Positions 19,585 through 28,395 of a stretch of DNA of 64,000 nt are shown here, piece after piece; position 1 is the first letter of the stretch; every line of letters starts with the position of its first letter. Below the pieces are notes generated by a model, which worked only from the letters and a program-made list of their open reading frames with translations, was not told the origin of the DNA and did not search any database. The stretch is from a virus. The translations under genes were made by a program, and so were the position numbers. The DNA is taken from positions 1 through 64,000 of the IMG/VR virus record IMGVR_UViG_3300030329_002114. The stretch is one strand, 5' to 3'.

Positions 19585-19874
19585 CTTTTTTCACCTTTAA
19601 ATACCGACACTTCTTTTAAAGAAACACCTGCGTTTTTGAGCATATGAGTTTTTTCATTCTTAATCCCTCTGAACTTTCTCATAAACGTATCGGGATTGAA
19701 TCTTTTCTTATATGTAGTATATGCCCATTGAGGAGCATCTATTTGTATATGATGAGAGCCTATTACTGTACCCTGGGGAAGCTGTTGAAGAAATTCAATA
19801 ATAAGATTTTCAACGCTTAATTTGGGAGCTTTCGAACCAACGCTTTTAGTTGGTCTTGCAAAATTGAAAGCCAT
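19560..19874 (-). CDS. hypothetical protein, possible winged-helix DNA-binding
   Basis: 104-aa ORF coupled to primase; basic helix PDTFMRKFR. Confidence 0.45.
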   Translation of the reverse strand: MAFNFARPTKSVGSKAPKLSVENLIIEFLQQLPQGTVIGSHHIQIDAPQWAYTTYKKRFNPDTFMRKFRGIKNEKTHMLKNAGVSLKEVSVFKGEKSWEIQHIS

Positions 19875-20506
19875 TAGGATAGGTCAGGTATTAGATTATC
19901 TGCTTCACCTTCAACCTTTTTACTGTTCCAGATAGACCCAAGAGAATTGTTTCCACTATACTTTTTAGGTTTATTCTTTAGATTTCTCCACCACCCAAGA
20001 AGAGGTTTTATGCCACCTTCTGAGGTTCCAAATTTGTAAGGAAGAATAACCCTCTTATTATTACCATTTTGGTTTATATCGGTTGTTTCATATTCAATGA
20101 CATAACATTTTCTACCAATACAATCACGAATTGTTTCTTCAGATAATCCATCCTTTTTTTCATTCAGAGTATTTTCATTAATATCGTGACCAAGTACCGT
20201 AAGAAAATCTGCAATATTCTTAGAAGGTCCTCTAACTTTGTTGTCGCCGAATGGAGAACCCCAACCTACGACTTCACCTCTTTCATTCTTTTCGTGATTG
20301 CAGTTCATATACCAATACACACCATACTTTGATTTAGTATCTTCAGGTAGATCAGCATTTACATTAATACAAATATCATTATCATACTGACTTTTTTCAG
20401 TCGTATTTTTTATTTCTGTTATTCTAGCGTATTTAATCCATACACCCTTAGGCCAATCTTCATTAGACCCATTAGAAGATGGATTTACTTTTCCAAAACC
20501 AGTCAT
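19874..20506 (-). CDS. putative single-stranded DNA-binding protein
   Basis: Directly downstream of the recombinase; beta-rich body and acidic C-terminal tail; assignment mainly from context. Confidence 0.45.
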   Translation of the reverse strand: MTGFGKVNPSSNGSNEDWPKGVWIKYARITEIKNTTEKSQYDNDICINVNADLPEDTKSKYGVYWYMNCNHEKNERGEVVGWGSPFGDNKVRGPSKNIADFLTVLGHDINENTLNEKKDGLSEETIRDCIGRKCYVIEYETTDINQNGNNKRVILPYKFGTSEGGIKPLLGWWRNLKNKPKKYSGNNSLGSIWNSKKVEGEADNLIPDLS

Positions 20507-21342
20507 TTCTTCTCCATTTTTGTTAATTGTTGTTCAAATTTGTCAAGAGCTCCATTGGTTAAATTTCCATTTAAAAACTCTATAGCTTTTTTATTCTTTT
20601 CTTTAGAAAGATTTAAAGCCTCAACTGTTTTTATAACCTTGTCTAACCTAGTCTTTGTAGGTGCTTTATTGTTATCTATTCCAACTTTAGTATCTGCTAT
20701 AAGGATTGCTGCTTCGGTTTCAGTAAGTGTTTTAAATCCACTATCTTTCCATTTTTGTATAATAACTTTGCTCTTAGGTGGGCATTGTTTATGAAGCATC
20801 ATTTCATTTAGCTTTCTACTTTGTTCACCAGTTACCATTCCGGGTATAATATCATCGCCAGTGATATGAGTTTCTTTCTTATAGTCAAGCAGTTTAATAT
20901 CCTCACCAGCCCATAGCTCTATACCTAATCCAGTTAGAGTTGATAAACCTTTTGCTAGGCATCTGCGAATAGTATTTTGAACTTGAACAGAATCGGGATT
21001 TTTAACTGATCTATTTGAATTATCAGTTACAGCAAGTTCCATAGTTGTAGTATGAGTGTCACCGTTTCTATCCTCTATTTCAATTTCTACAAACACCAAT
21101 GCACTTGCATCTGGCAATATTGTATAGGGAAGTAAGTACTTATTTCCACCAAGTTCGGTTGGAAATCTTTTTACTTTATAGTCACATCTAGGAAAGAACT
21201 GTTTTACCAGATCCCAAGCTTTTGCCCAAGATAGATAATCAAATCTTCCTTTCTGTTCAGTCATACCTTTTATATCTTCATTACGAAGAACTGCGTACAT
21301 ATCGCACATTTCTTCAAAGTTAGCGTTTTGTGTTTCGCTCAT
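20503..21342 (-). CDS. Sak/Rad52-like single-strand annealing protein (DUF1071-like)
   Basis: YLSWAKAW, RRCLAK, GLGIELWAGED motifs. Confidence 0.82.
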   Translation of the reverse strand: MSETQNANFEEMCDMYAVLRNEDIKGMTEQKGRFDYLSWAKAWDLVKQFFPRCDYKVKRFPTELGGNKYLLPYTILPDASALVFVEIEIEDRNGDTHTTTMELAVTDNSNRSVKNPDSVQVQNTIRRCLAKGLSTLTGLGIELWAGEDIKLLDYKKETHITGDDIIPGMVTGEQSRKLNEMMLHKQCPPKSKVIIQKWKDSGFKTLTETEAAILIADTKVGIDNNKAPTKTRLDKVIKTVEALNLSKEKNKKAIEFLNGNLTNGALDKFEQQLTKMEKK

Positions 21343-21454
21343 TATACTCCTATAGTTAAATTATTAAAAAAGCGAAGGGCTGGAAAACCAAGAAGGTAGG
21401 TAATAGTAGTGTGGTATCTTGGTACAAGGAATATCCAACCCTTCATATATTAAA

Positions 21455-22186
21455 TTATGCCATTGCTCTTTTATGGAGAGCGATATGCTTTTCTATTATT
21501 TTATTAGGCGGGCTTGTTTTTAACGCTTCTGTACAAGCATTATATAAAGACCACATATTACTTTTCTCGAACTCTTCAAAGGGAGGCTTATCCCAGTTTT
21601 TGTAAGCTTCGTTGGATTGATTAGCTGATAATAGCTTATATCCTCTAGCTTTGCCTATAAACTCATAAGCTTCGTCTTTGTTTATAGGTGTATCTTTCAT
21701 TATTCGAGTATCTTCAACAATATCAGTAAAGCTTTTGTTGGCTCTATAAAGAGCATTTACTAACTGATCTTGAAGGTCTTGCAATACATTTTTAGTATGT
21801 TTTCTCATTATGGTGATTTCGCCTACAAAAGCCATATTGTCACAAACAAATATTCTAGCACCAGCACATACACCGTTTGCCATTGATTTGTCATAGCTAG
21901 AGCGCATACCAATCGCTTGGTGCATTTCTTCATTGTCACCTTTATAATAGTGGACTCCGAAGAATTTGTTATAGTTACCATCTTTATCTTTACCAGATAA
22001 AGCATATTGAGAGCTGTCATATTCATAACCCTTAAGTAAGGTATCAGCTACTTCTTTTGTATTGTCTATTATATCTTTGTATGGAACAGGTACATAAGTC
22101 TCTGTTTCCTGAGGAAGTGGAACACTACAAACTTCATTATAGTTTGCATTTATTCCACCACAATGAACCATTAGTTTATTCGTCAT
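21455..22186 (-). CDS. DUF932/DUF945-like phage protein
   Basis: MRSSYDKS, ARIFVCDNM, RKHT, WSLYNACTE motifs. Confidence 0.75.
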   Translation of the reverse strand: MTNKLMVHCGGINANYNEVCSVPLPQETETYVPVPYKDIIDNTKEVADTLLKGYEYDSSQYALSGKDKDGNYNKFFGVHYYKGDNEEMHQAIGMRSSYDKSMANGVCAGARIFVCDNMAFVGEITIMRKHTKNVLQDLQDQLVNALYRANKSFTDIVEDTRIMKDTPINKDEAYEFIGKARGYKLLSANQSNEAYKNWDKPPFEEFEKSNMWSLYNACTEALKTSPPNKIIEKHIALHKRAMA

Positions 22187-22440
22187 AAGGATTTCCTTAA
22201 TAGATTTAATGTTTTCATTCTTTCTTTATGAATAGGATGCGGTTCTTTTAAGTTATCAGCACGAAACTTATCGCAATCTCTAGTCCATCGTTTATATATC
22301 TCTACAGCCAATTCCTTAGTTAGGTCAAACTTGGCTACCAAACCAGATACAGCATTTTCTTCTGATGGAAAACCCAATTTGCTTAAGTAAGGATAAAGGT
22401 TTTCACACATTTCATCTGCTGTTTTTTCTAAATCACTCAT
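22183..22440 (-). CDS. hypothetical protein
   Basis: Probable start at MSDLEK overlapping the upstream gene end (track ORF 22183..22512). Confidence 0.45.
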   Translation of the reverse strand: MSDLEKTADEMCENLYPYLSKLGFPSEENAVSGLVAKFDLTKELAVEIYKRWTRDCDKFRADNLKEPHPIHKERMKTLNLLRKSL

Positions 22441-22666
22441 TAAAAAGTTTTTCCTGATTTTTATTTGCTTTATTTGCATCGGATTGTTTCTTAGCTTCTG
22501 TAAGGAGAGCATCTAATTTCCGAGTTGCAACCATTGCTTTTTGGATACTTTTTCTATCTAACTGTTTAGCAAGTTCAGGGCTTATTTTATTTGCCTTTTC
22601 AACAAAAGAATCAATGCTGTTGAACATTTGTGCCCAACTCTCTCTTAGTTCTGTTAAAACTACCAT
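22433..22666 (-). CDS. hypothetical protein
   Basis: 77-aa helical ORF with AGGA RBS. Confidence 0.5.
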   Translation of the reverse strand: MVVLTELRESWAQMFNSIDSFVEKANKISPELAKQLDRKSIQKAMVATRKLDALLTEAKKQSDANKANKNQEKLFNE

Positions 22667-22848
22667 TTTGTTCCTTTTTTAAAGTTAGTGTTTCATAATA
22701 ATCTGATATATCTATTTCTCGACTGCAAGGTTTACATTCTAATGTGATTTCTGTAATTGTTTCCTTCAATTCAGGATCGTAGGAACTGTACAGATGTCCA
22801 ATTAATTTCGATTTGCAGTAAGGACATTTTCTTGAATTAATTCTCATT
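22611..22848 (-). CDS. small zinc-ribbon protein
   Basis: CPYC...CKPC; start MRINSRK preferred because the track's longer start lies inside a hairpin. Confidence 0.45.
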
Positions 22849-22926
22849 GTAATTATGAGAAGGCTCTCAACGTGTGTATGTGGAAGGGGTAAGGAAGCGG
22901 TAGTCATTGTCAAGAGCCTACCTCAA

Positions 22927-23277
22927 TTATTTACTTAGAAGTAATTTTCTATGATAAGCAAACATATAATTAGATAACATTCTCTTAATATCTTTGCCGA
23001 CATATCTATTGAATTCCCTGCGGTCTTTTATTTTTCTAGCTATCTGAACAGCCTTATTGCTGTTAATCTTTCTAAGGTAAGAAGATAGTTGCCTCTTAGT
23101 CATCATTCTAATTCGCAGAGTTTCCATACTTCTAGAGCTATAGAATTCCTTAAATTCTTTTACCAGATTTTGAGCATTAGAACAGGTGATTAGTGAGGAA
23201 TTTGATTTGTAAGACCTTATTGAATTTGACATCAATAAATGTCTTTTTTTCGAATCTAATCGTTGATTTATTTGCAT
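22927..23277 (-). CDS. basic protein divergent from the repressor (Cro-position gene)
   Basis: AGGAGG RBS; divergent from the HTH gene. Confidence 0.5.
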   Translation of the reverse strand: MQINQRLDSKKRHLLMSNSIRSYKSNSSLITCSNAQNLVKEFKEFYSSRSMETLRIRMMTKRQLSSYLRKINSNKAVQIARKIKDRREFNRYVGKDIKRMLSNYMFAYHRKLLLSK

Positions 23278-23304
23278 TTTACCTCCTTTTAAGATAATAC
23301 AAAA

Positions 23305-23320
23305 TGGACATAATTGTCCA
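23305..23320. promoter_or_regulatory. putative operator palindrome TGGACA-N4-TGTCCA
   Basis: Perfect 6-bp inverted repeat in the divergent gap between 23277 and the repressor. Confidence 0.5.
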
Positions 23321-23391
23321 GTTTTAAGATTAATTATTTATAGATTGTACAATTTTTGTTAAGTTTGGTCTACAATGAAGGGGTTTATAGA

Positions 23392-24192
23392 ATGAATAAA
23401 AATGAAGTATTAAATTGGCTTAAGAAAACCGATTTATCGCTTACTTCTATTTCCAAAAGAACTAATATTAGTCGTTCAACACTATATAATTGGATTGAAG
23501 GGAAAGAAATGAGTGACAGAAGCTTTAATAAAATTTTGTCTATCTACAAAAAAGAAATCAAATTACTAAACACTAAAATAGAGTTGAAAGGAGCCACTCA
23601 CATGATTAGAGATAGAAATGTATCAACAGAAATAGATAGCAGCAGCTATATAGACAAACTGCATAGGATTATTAAATATCAAGAACAAGATATTGAAAGA
23701 TTGAAAAGTAAACCTTCTTCAAAGATGGTTGAAAAAGAACTCTACAATAACATTGCTTCCGAAGTTGTTTTTAAGATTGATTTGCATATAAACTTTAAAA
23801 AAATGATATTCGGAAGAAATATTCAGTCCGTCCAAGGCGTAGATGTTTTTTCTGAAAAATTAGGGTATGACTTGAATACTATAAGAAATGATATTTTTTG
23901 CATAGGTGAGTACTATGGAGACTTAGATGATCACCCTGTAAACAATTACATTACCAAAGATAGTGAAAAAAGTCTAAAACGTCTTACCAAGTCATTTTTG
24001 AGTTCTTTAAGTCTATTTAAAAAGCTTATTACAAATGACAAGGATTACTTTATTGATTTGGATATAACTTATATTGCTAAAGACGGAAGCTTAGTTGAGA
24101 CTAAGTCTTTCAATTGGGTAGAGATAGATTTTAAAGATGGATTGCATCAAGTACACACTAAACTTATATTTTTAGAAGATGCAATTAATTAA
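23392..24192 (+). CDS. XRE-family HTH repressor-like protein with extended C-terminal domain
   Basis: LTSISKRTNISRSTLYNW HTH; only plus-strand gene inside the early region; ATG at 23392 after AGGGG. Confidence 0.72.
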   Translation: MNKNEVLNWLKKTDLSLTSISKRTNISRSTLYNWIEGKEMSDRSFNKILSIYKKEIKLLNTKIELKGATHMIRDRNVSTEIDSSSYIDKLHRIIKYQEQDIERLKSKPSSKMVEKELYNNIASEVVFKIDLHINFKKMIFGRNIQSVQGVDVFSEKLGYDLNTIRNDIFCIGEYYGDLDDHPVNNYITKDSEKSLKRLTKSFLSSLSLFKKLITNDKDYFIDLDITYIAKDGSLVETKSFNWVEIDFKDGLHQVHTKLIFLEDAIN

Positions 24193-24200
24193 GTATTTAG

Positions 24201-24234
24201 GGGGTGGTCTCAGGGGTGGTCTCTAGGGTGGTTT
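24201..24234. repeat. three 12-bp-period direct repeats (G)GGGTGGT(C/T)T
   Basis: Copies start at 24201, 24213 and 24225. Confidence 0.8.
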
Positions 24235-24238
24235 TTAT

Positions 24239-24270
24239 AAGGGGGGCGCAATGCGAACACCCCCCTTTTT
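24239..24270. terminator. bidirectional intrinsic terminator-like hairpin
   Basis: AAGGGGGG...CCCCCCTTTTT between converging repressor and ParB genes. Confidence 0.65.
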
Positions 24271-24279
24271 AACCGAAGC

Positions 24280-25977
24280 TTACATAATAGGTTTATAGAT
24301 AAGCTTCTTATCGAGGTAAGCTGATTTCACTTCGATTTCCTTCCAATTTGCTTCTTTACTGGTAAAAATATCTCTAAACGGAAACTTAACATCCGATTTA
24401 CTTGTGATATATTTAACAATATCTTTCTTTGAACCAGTTTGCTTAAAAGCATTTCTTAAGTTCGTTGTTGAGATGGCAAGAAGCATACCTTCTTTAATGT
24501 CCTCTACTTCCCAACATTTTAAGCACCATTCTTTGTAAGAAATTGCACCTTTAACTAGCTTTGCAAACTTATCAAGCTCTTTTATATTGCAACGAAATAC
24601 ATATTCGTGAATTAAAGCTTGAAGTATATGAAAAGAAAGAGTTGCGGGATTGCTTCCAGACAGTTTGTGGATTCTTTCTAAATTATATCCAGCTTGATGA
24701 CTTCCAACAGATATATCCTTTAAAGATAAGTTCCAAGTATCTTTCATTACAAGCTTGACTTGTTCTTCAGTTATTGAACTCTTTGCCCAGGTCTTATATA
24801 AGTAATCTACATACGAAGGAACTGTAGCTTTTCCAAACTTCTTTGTTTGAAGGTAGTATTTTGTTCTTTCAACTTTTTCCTTAGTTCCGCCTTTTTTCTG
24901 TGATTTTATCTTTATAGCTACTCTGCCACTTCCCAAATTAGACCTTCCTACAACACTTTCAATTGCCTTTGGAGCTTTGCGTAGGCTTATCATAAGTTCA
25001 CATAAAGAACCAGCTTGTTTCACATTATCATTCCAGCCATATTCTAAATCTGGAACTTGTTTAACTTCTGTTAACTTTTTGTATAAGTCAGCCATTGTTT
25101 CATCAGAAGTATTTACTAAGGCATACTTAACAAATCCTATAGTACCATCATAATCATCTGTAAACTCCTCAAATAACTGCATTGATTTTTGTCGTTTAGT
25201 TTGATAAGTAGACTGCAAATCTTTAAACTCATCTTCTCCACCACAAAGTTCAATTAAAGTATCCTTATCTTCTTTGATTCCAACCAAGTTTTCAAAACGG
25301 AGAAAACTATGATTCCAAGCAACGCTATCTTCTTCAAAGTGACTTTTTACATATTTTGCAATAGTTTTTGATTTAGAGTTTTTAACTGCCCAAGTCAATG
25401 CTTCTTTTTGCACTTGCTGAGTGTTACTAGCAAAATCTTTCATTGCTTTTTTATCAAATGAATCAGAATTAAACACAAAGGGCTTCAAAAGATCAGGCAC
25501 TAAATTAGAGTATCGTAATCTTTCTTTTACATAATTAGGCGAATGTCCAAACTTTTCAGAAATGCTCTTAATAGTACTATCTTTATCAATCATACCTTTA
25601 AAAGCTAAAACTTCTTCTAAGAAAGATAAATCCTCTCTTAATAGGTTTTCTTCTAACTGAAGAGTAGACAAGTCACCATTAGGGACTGGTGAAACAATTA
25701 CTGGAACTTCTGAAGTAATATTGTACTCATTTTCTAATTCCTGAATTGCTTTCAGCCTTCTGTGTCCTGCAATAAGATAATATTTGCCATCTGTAGGGTC
25801 TTTATACACATTTAAAGCACTTCTTAAACCATTATTATTAATACTGGTTTTTAAGTTTTTAAATGATTCTGATTTAGTATCAACGCCTTTACGAACATTT
25901 GATACAATTTTTATATTTTTACTTAATAAGAGTAAAGACTCTTCTGTTTTAGTTACTGTTTTAGTTATGTTTTTCAA
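24280..25977 (-). CDS. parB: ParB/Srx-domain protein with HTH and long C-terminal region
   Basis: LKTSINNNGL, IAGHRRLKA, QLEENLLREDL, then HTH (IKSISEKFGHSPNYVKERL). Confidence 0.82.
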   Translation of the reverse strand: MKNITKTVTKTEESLLLLSKNIKIVSNVRKGVDTKSESFKNLKTSINNNGLRSALNVYKDPTDGKYYLIAGHRRLKAIQELENEYNITSEVPVIVSPVPNGDLSTLQLEENLLREDLSFLEEVLAFKGMIDKDSTIKSISEKFGHSPNYVKERLRYSNLVPDLLKPFVFNSDSFDKKAMKDFASNTQQVQKEALTWAVKNSKSKTIAKYVKSHFEEDSVAWNHSFLRFENLVGIKEDKDTLIELCGGEDEFKDLQSTYQTKRQKSMQLFEEFTDDYDGTIGFVKYALVNTSDETMADLYKKLTEVKQVPDLEYGWNDNVKQAGSLCELMISLRKAPKAIESVVGRSNLGSGRVAIKIKSQKKGGTKEKVERTKYYLQTKKFGKATVPSYVDYLYKTWAKSSITEEQVKLVMKDTWNLSLKDISVGSHQAGYNLERIHKLSGSNPATLSFHILQALIHEYVFRCNIKELDKFAKLVKGAISYKEWCLKCWEVEDIKEGMLLAISTTNLRNAFKQTGSKKDIVKYITSKSDVKFPFRDIFTSKEANWKEIEVKSAYLDKKLIYKPIM

Positions 25978-26215
25978 CTACAACTCCTTTTGTTATGGGT
26001 TTACAATACCAACATTCACAATTAACTTCGTAGAGATGTCCATTTTCATCTGCAATGACATCGTATCCTAGACAAGGTGTATAATTGTGCAGTTGTTTAA
26101 TTCGTTTTTTAATTAATTCATCATCAGTTACAACAATACCGTATCCGTCAAAATATTCGATTAGATTTTCTATTGTAAGATCAGACAAAGTAATGTTTAG
26201 CTCATTTATTGTCAT
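25961..26215 (-). CDS. hypothetical protein
   Basis: 84-aa ORF with AGGAA RBS, overlaps parB start. Confidence 0.5.
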   Translation of the reverse strand: MTINELNITLSDLTIENLIEYFDGYGIVVTDDELIKKRIKQLHNYTPCLGYDVIADENGHLYEVNCECWYCKPITKGVVVEKHN

Positions 26216-26247
26216 AAGCTGTTCCTTTTTAATTATACAAAAATTTA

Positions 26248-26396
26248 TTAACTATGCGTACACGATTAGTGCTTTTCAGCCTAATCCACCACAACCTAAA
26301 TAAAGAAGTGTGCTTCCCAAAACTTCAGCAATTCGGACACTCAGTCACTTTATTTATCCACTAATCTGGTTTACCCAGCTCCCTCCGCATAGTTAA
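26248..26396 (-). ncRNA. candidate multi-branch structured RNA
   Basis: 11-bp closing stem TTAACTATGCG/CGCATAGTTAA with nested GATTAGTG/CACTAATC and TAAATAAAG/CTTTATTTA; intergenic. Confidence 0.45.
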
Positions 26397-26673
26397 TTAA
26401 TATTTGAAGTGTTTGAATTGTAGCGATATATGGGGTGTTTTAAGACCTTAATCGCTTTAATATGGAGATGTTTAGGGGCAACTGATACATTACCCCTAGT
26501 TTGTTATTTAACGCTTGTTAACGCCTTTTTTACAATCTGTTTTATATTAAGCAAACTGCATCCTAGATTCTGTTCAATCTTACTGTAATAAGCTTCAATA
26601 TTTCCCATATACCTATAAGTAATAGGATGGTCAGCTCGGTAATAAGTTTTACCTTTATATTTTAATTTATACA

Positions 26674-27207
26674 TTAATATTCTTCTGAATTATAATCAAG
26701 CTCAGGCATTTCTCCACTTTTTATACCTTTATGTTTTTTTACTATTGATTTTATTACAACAGAAGGAACATAATGATAAACTTGTTCGTGTGTCCACTTG
26801 TCACTACTTCTTCTTGCTAACTCAGGTTCAATCATAGGGCTATCTGCATAAGGTATAAGTAATTCTTCTTTTTCATTTGGAAAACCTACTTCAACATATC
26901 TATACTTGGTAAATAAGCCATTTATTTTTGGATCACACGAGTGGCTAGCAGATGCTTGAACTGACACAGAAAAACCGTCATTAAAAACAACCTTTTTTCT
27001 TAAATCCTGTATTGGCGCTTTTAACCACCGATACTTTTTAATTACCTCATCTCTACTCATATACTCACTATTTCTTGAGTGAGGCATAAGAAAACCTTCA
27101 TCATTATACACTTTACCTATGTACCAGCCAGCATTTGATTCAATAGGAGTTAATTCCGATACGTTGTTAACAAATTTAATATCTTTAATGTCTTTTAATG
27201 TTTTCAT
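26674..27207 (-). CDS. hypothetical early phage protein
   Basis: 177 aa; SNAGWYIG and DGFSVSVQAS...EVGFP motifs typical of small phage proteins; AGGAG RBS. Confidence 0.6.
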   Translation of the reverse strand: MKTLKDIKDIKFVNNVSELTPIESNAGWYIGKVYNDEGFLMPHSRNSEYMSRDEVIKKYRWLKAPIQDLRKKVVFNDGFSVSVQASASHSCDPKINGLFTKYRYVEVGFPNEKEELLIPYADSPMIEPELARRSSDKWTHEQVYHYVPSVVIKSIVKKHKGIKSGEMPELDYNSEEY

Positions 27208-27419
27208 TTACTCTCCTTAATAAGTTTTTATGTTGTATTTTAAATAATACCACATTCTTTTTAATTGATACCCTAGATAAGTTTCCTTATTCCTTAATGA
27301 ATGCCATTTATCTATTATTATAAATTCTTCTAGGTCTTTACCTTTAAGCTGAATTGTTGTAGTACTTTTGTTATCGTCCATTTTTTATCCTTTTTTTTGT
27401 TAATTATTGTAAATTTTTA

Positions 27420-27521
27420 GGGGCAAAGGCATAACTGCCAACCAACAACACAAAGATATTGTGTTAACTTTTATTTAGTGTCGTTGTTTTTTTCCTATTG
27501 ATTTTTATTTTTATGCCCCAA
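27420..27521. repeat. 102-bp element, copy 1 (3 mismatches to 59971..60072)
   Basis: Direct base-by-base comparison; bounded by GGGGCA/TGCCCC. Confidence 0.92.
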
Positions 27522-27529
27522 GTGTAAAA

Positions 27530-27570
27530 TAGGGAGAGTGTAACTGAGATAACAGTCACAACTCCCCCTA
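27530..27570 (-). terminator. long hairpin, terminator-like on minus strand
   Basis: TAGGGGGAG...TGTGACTG-loop-CAGTTACA...CTCTCCCTA followed by TTTT. Confidence 0.5.
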
Positions 27571-27792
27571 GGCAATGGAAAGTGCAGGTTTCACTTCCCA
27601 AAAACACGTTTCCTAGCCTCTGCCAAGGCTCTAAGAACATTCGGAAAGTTTTTCTTTGGTATTGAAACCACAGTTACATTTCCTGTTGGTAAAAAGTGAT
27701 GAAAAAGACTATTCTTCGATTGGTTTATTAAATAACGCATTGTATGTGTTCCTTTTTGTTTTAAAAATTTTAAGTATTGTGCCATAAAATAA

Positions 27793-27912
27793 TGAGGGAG
27801 CAAGGATAGGAATCCAATTACAGGGTGTTTTCCCAGTTTATTGGAGCATCCCTATACATAGACAAGAGCTTACAGCTGTGTCTAGGCGGGCAGATGCGCA
27901 CCTACTCCCTCA
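27793..27912 (-). ncRNA. candidate multi-way-junction structured RNA
   Basis: Closing stem TGAGGGAG/CTCCCTCA enclosing TAGACA/TGTCTA and ATAGG...TCCAAT/ATTGGA...CCTAT hairpins; GC-rich island in AT-rich DNA. Confidence 0.45.
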
Positions 27913-27922
27913 AATTACTCGA

Positions 27923-28285
27923 TTAAGAATTTCTTTTATTTTCATCTATCATTTTAAGGGTATCACTCATCTTTTGTTCAATTTCGTCTATTACTCTATT
28001 TATCCGTTGTTGTGGATGTAAATGCTCAGTACCTGCATTTATATGTCTTTGACTCAATTTTAAAAGATGAAACATTTCAGGTGCAAAAGATATTAAAATA
28101 GCATTTGCCATACCTTCTTTTGCAACTTCAGAAAATTCATCTTTATCGTGAGGGGTATGAACAAGAGCAACTGTTTTTTCTCCTGTCCTTGTTCTGTTAG
28201 CTTTATTTATTTTTATATAACCAGCGTCAATAATATTGTTATAAAATTCTAAATCTATATACCAAGGCTCTTGATAATATTCCAT
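27923..28285 (-). CDS. hypothetical early protein
   Basis: ANAILISFAPEMFHLL resembles the common phage ANARLIAAAPEL motif; AGGAG RBS. Confidence 0.6.
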   Translation of the reverse strand: MEYYQEPWYIDLEFYNNIIDAGYIKINKANRTRTGEKTVALVHTPHDKDEFSEVAKEGMANAILISFAPEMFHLLKLSQRHINAGTEHLHPQQRINRVIDEIEQKMSDTLKMIDENKRNS

Positions 28286-28350
28286 TCTTTACTCCTTATA
28301 TCCTTTTTTTATTGCTTTTTATTTAAAGCGATTTTTATTTGCAGGGATTA

Positions 28351-28382
28351 AAAAAGGGACAGTACAATGACTGCCCCTTTTC
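28351..28382 (-). terminator. intrinsic terminator
   Basis: Minus strand AAAAGGGGCAGT-CATTGT-ACTGTCCCTTTTT after the 28396..28776 gene. Confidence 0.6.
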
Positions 28383-28395
28383 TGGGTTATGGAAC

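Noticed and set aside
26248-27912. Structured elements as hammerhead/HDV ribozymes or tRNAs
   Set aside because: No CUGANGA...GAAA core, no evident HDV pseudoknot, no T-loop or cloverleaf
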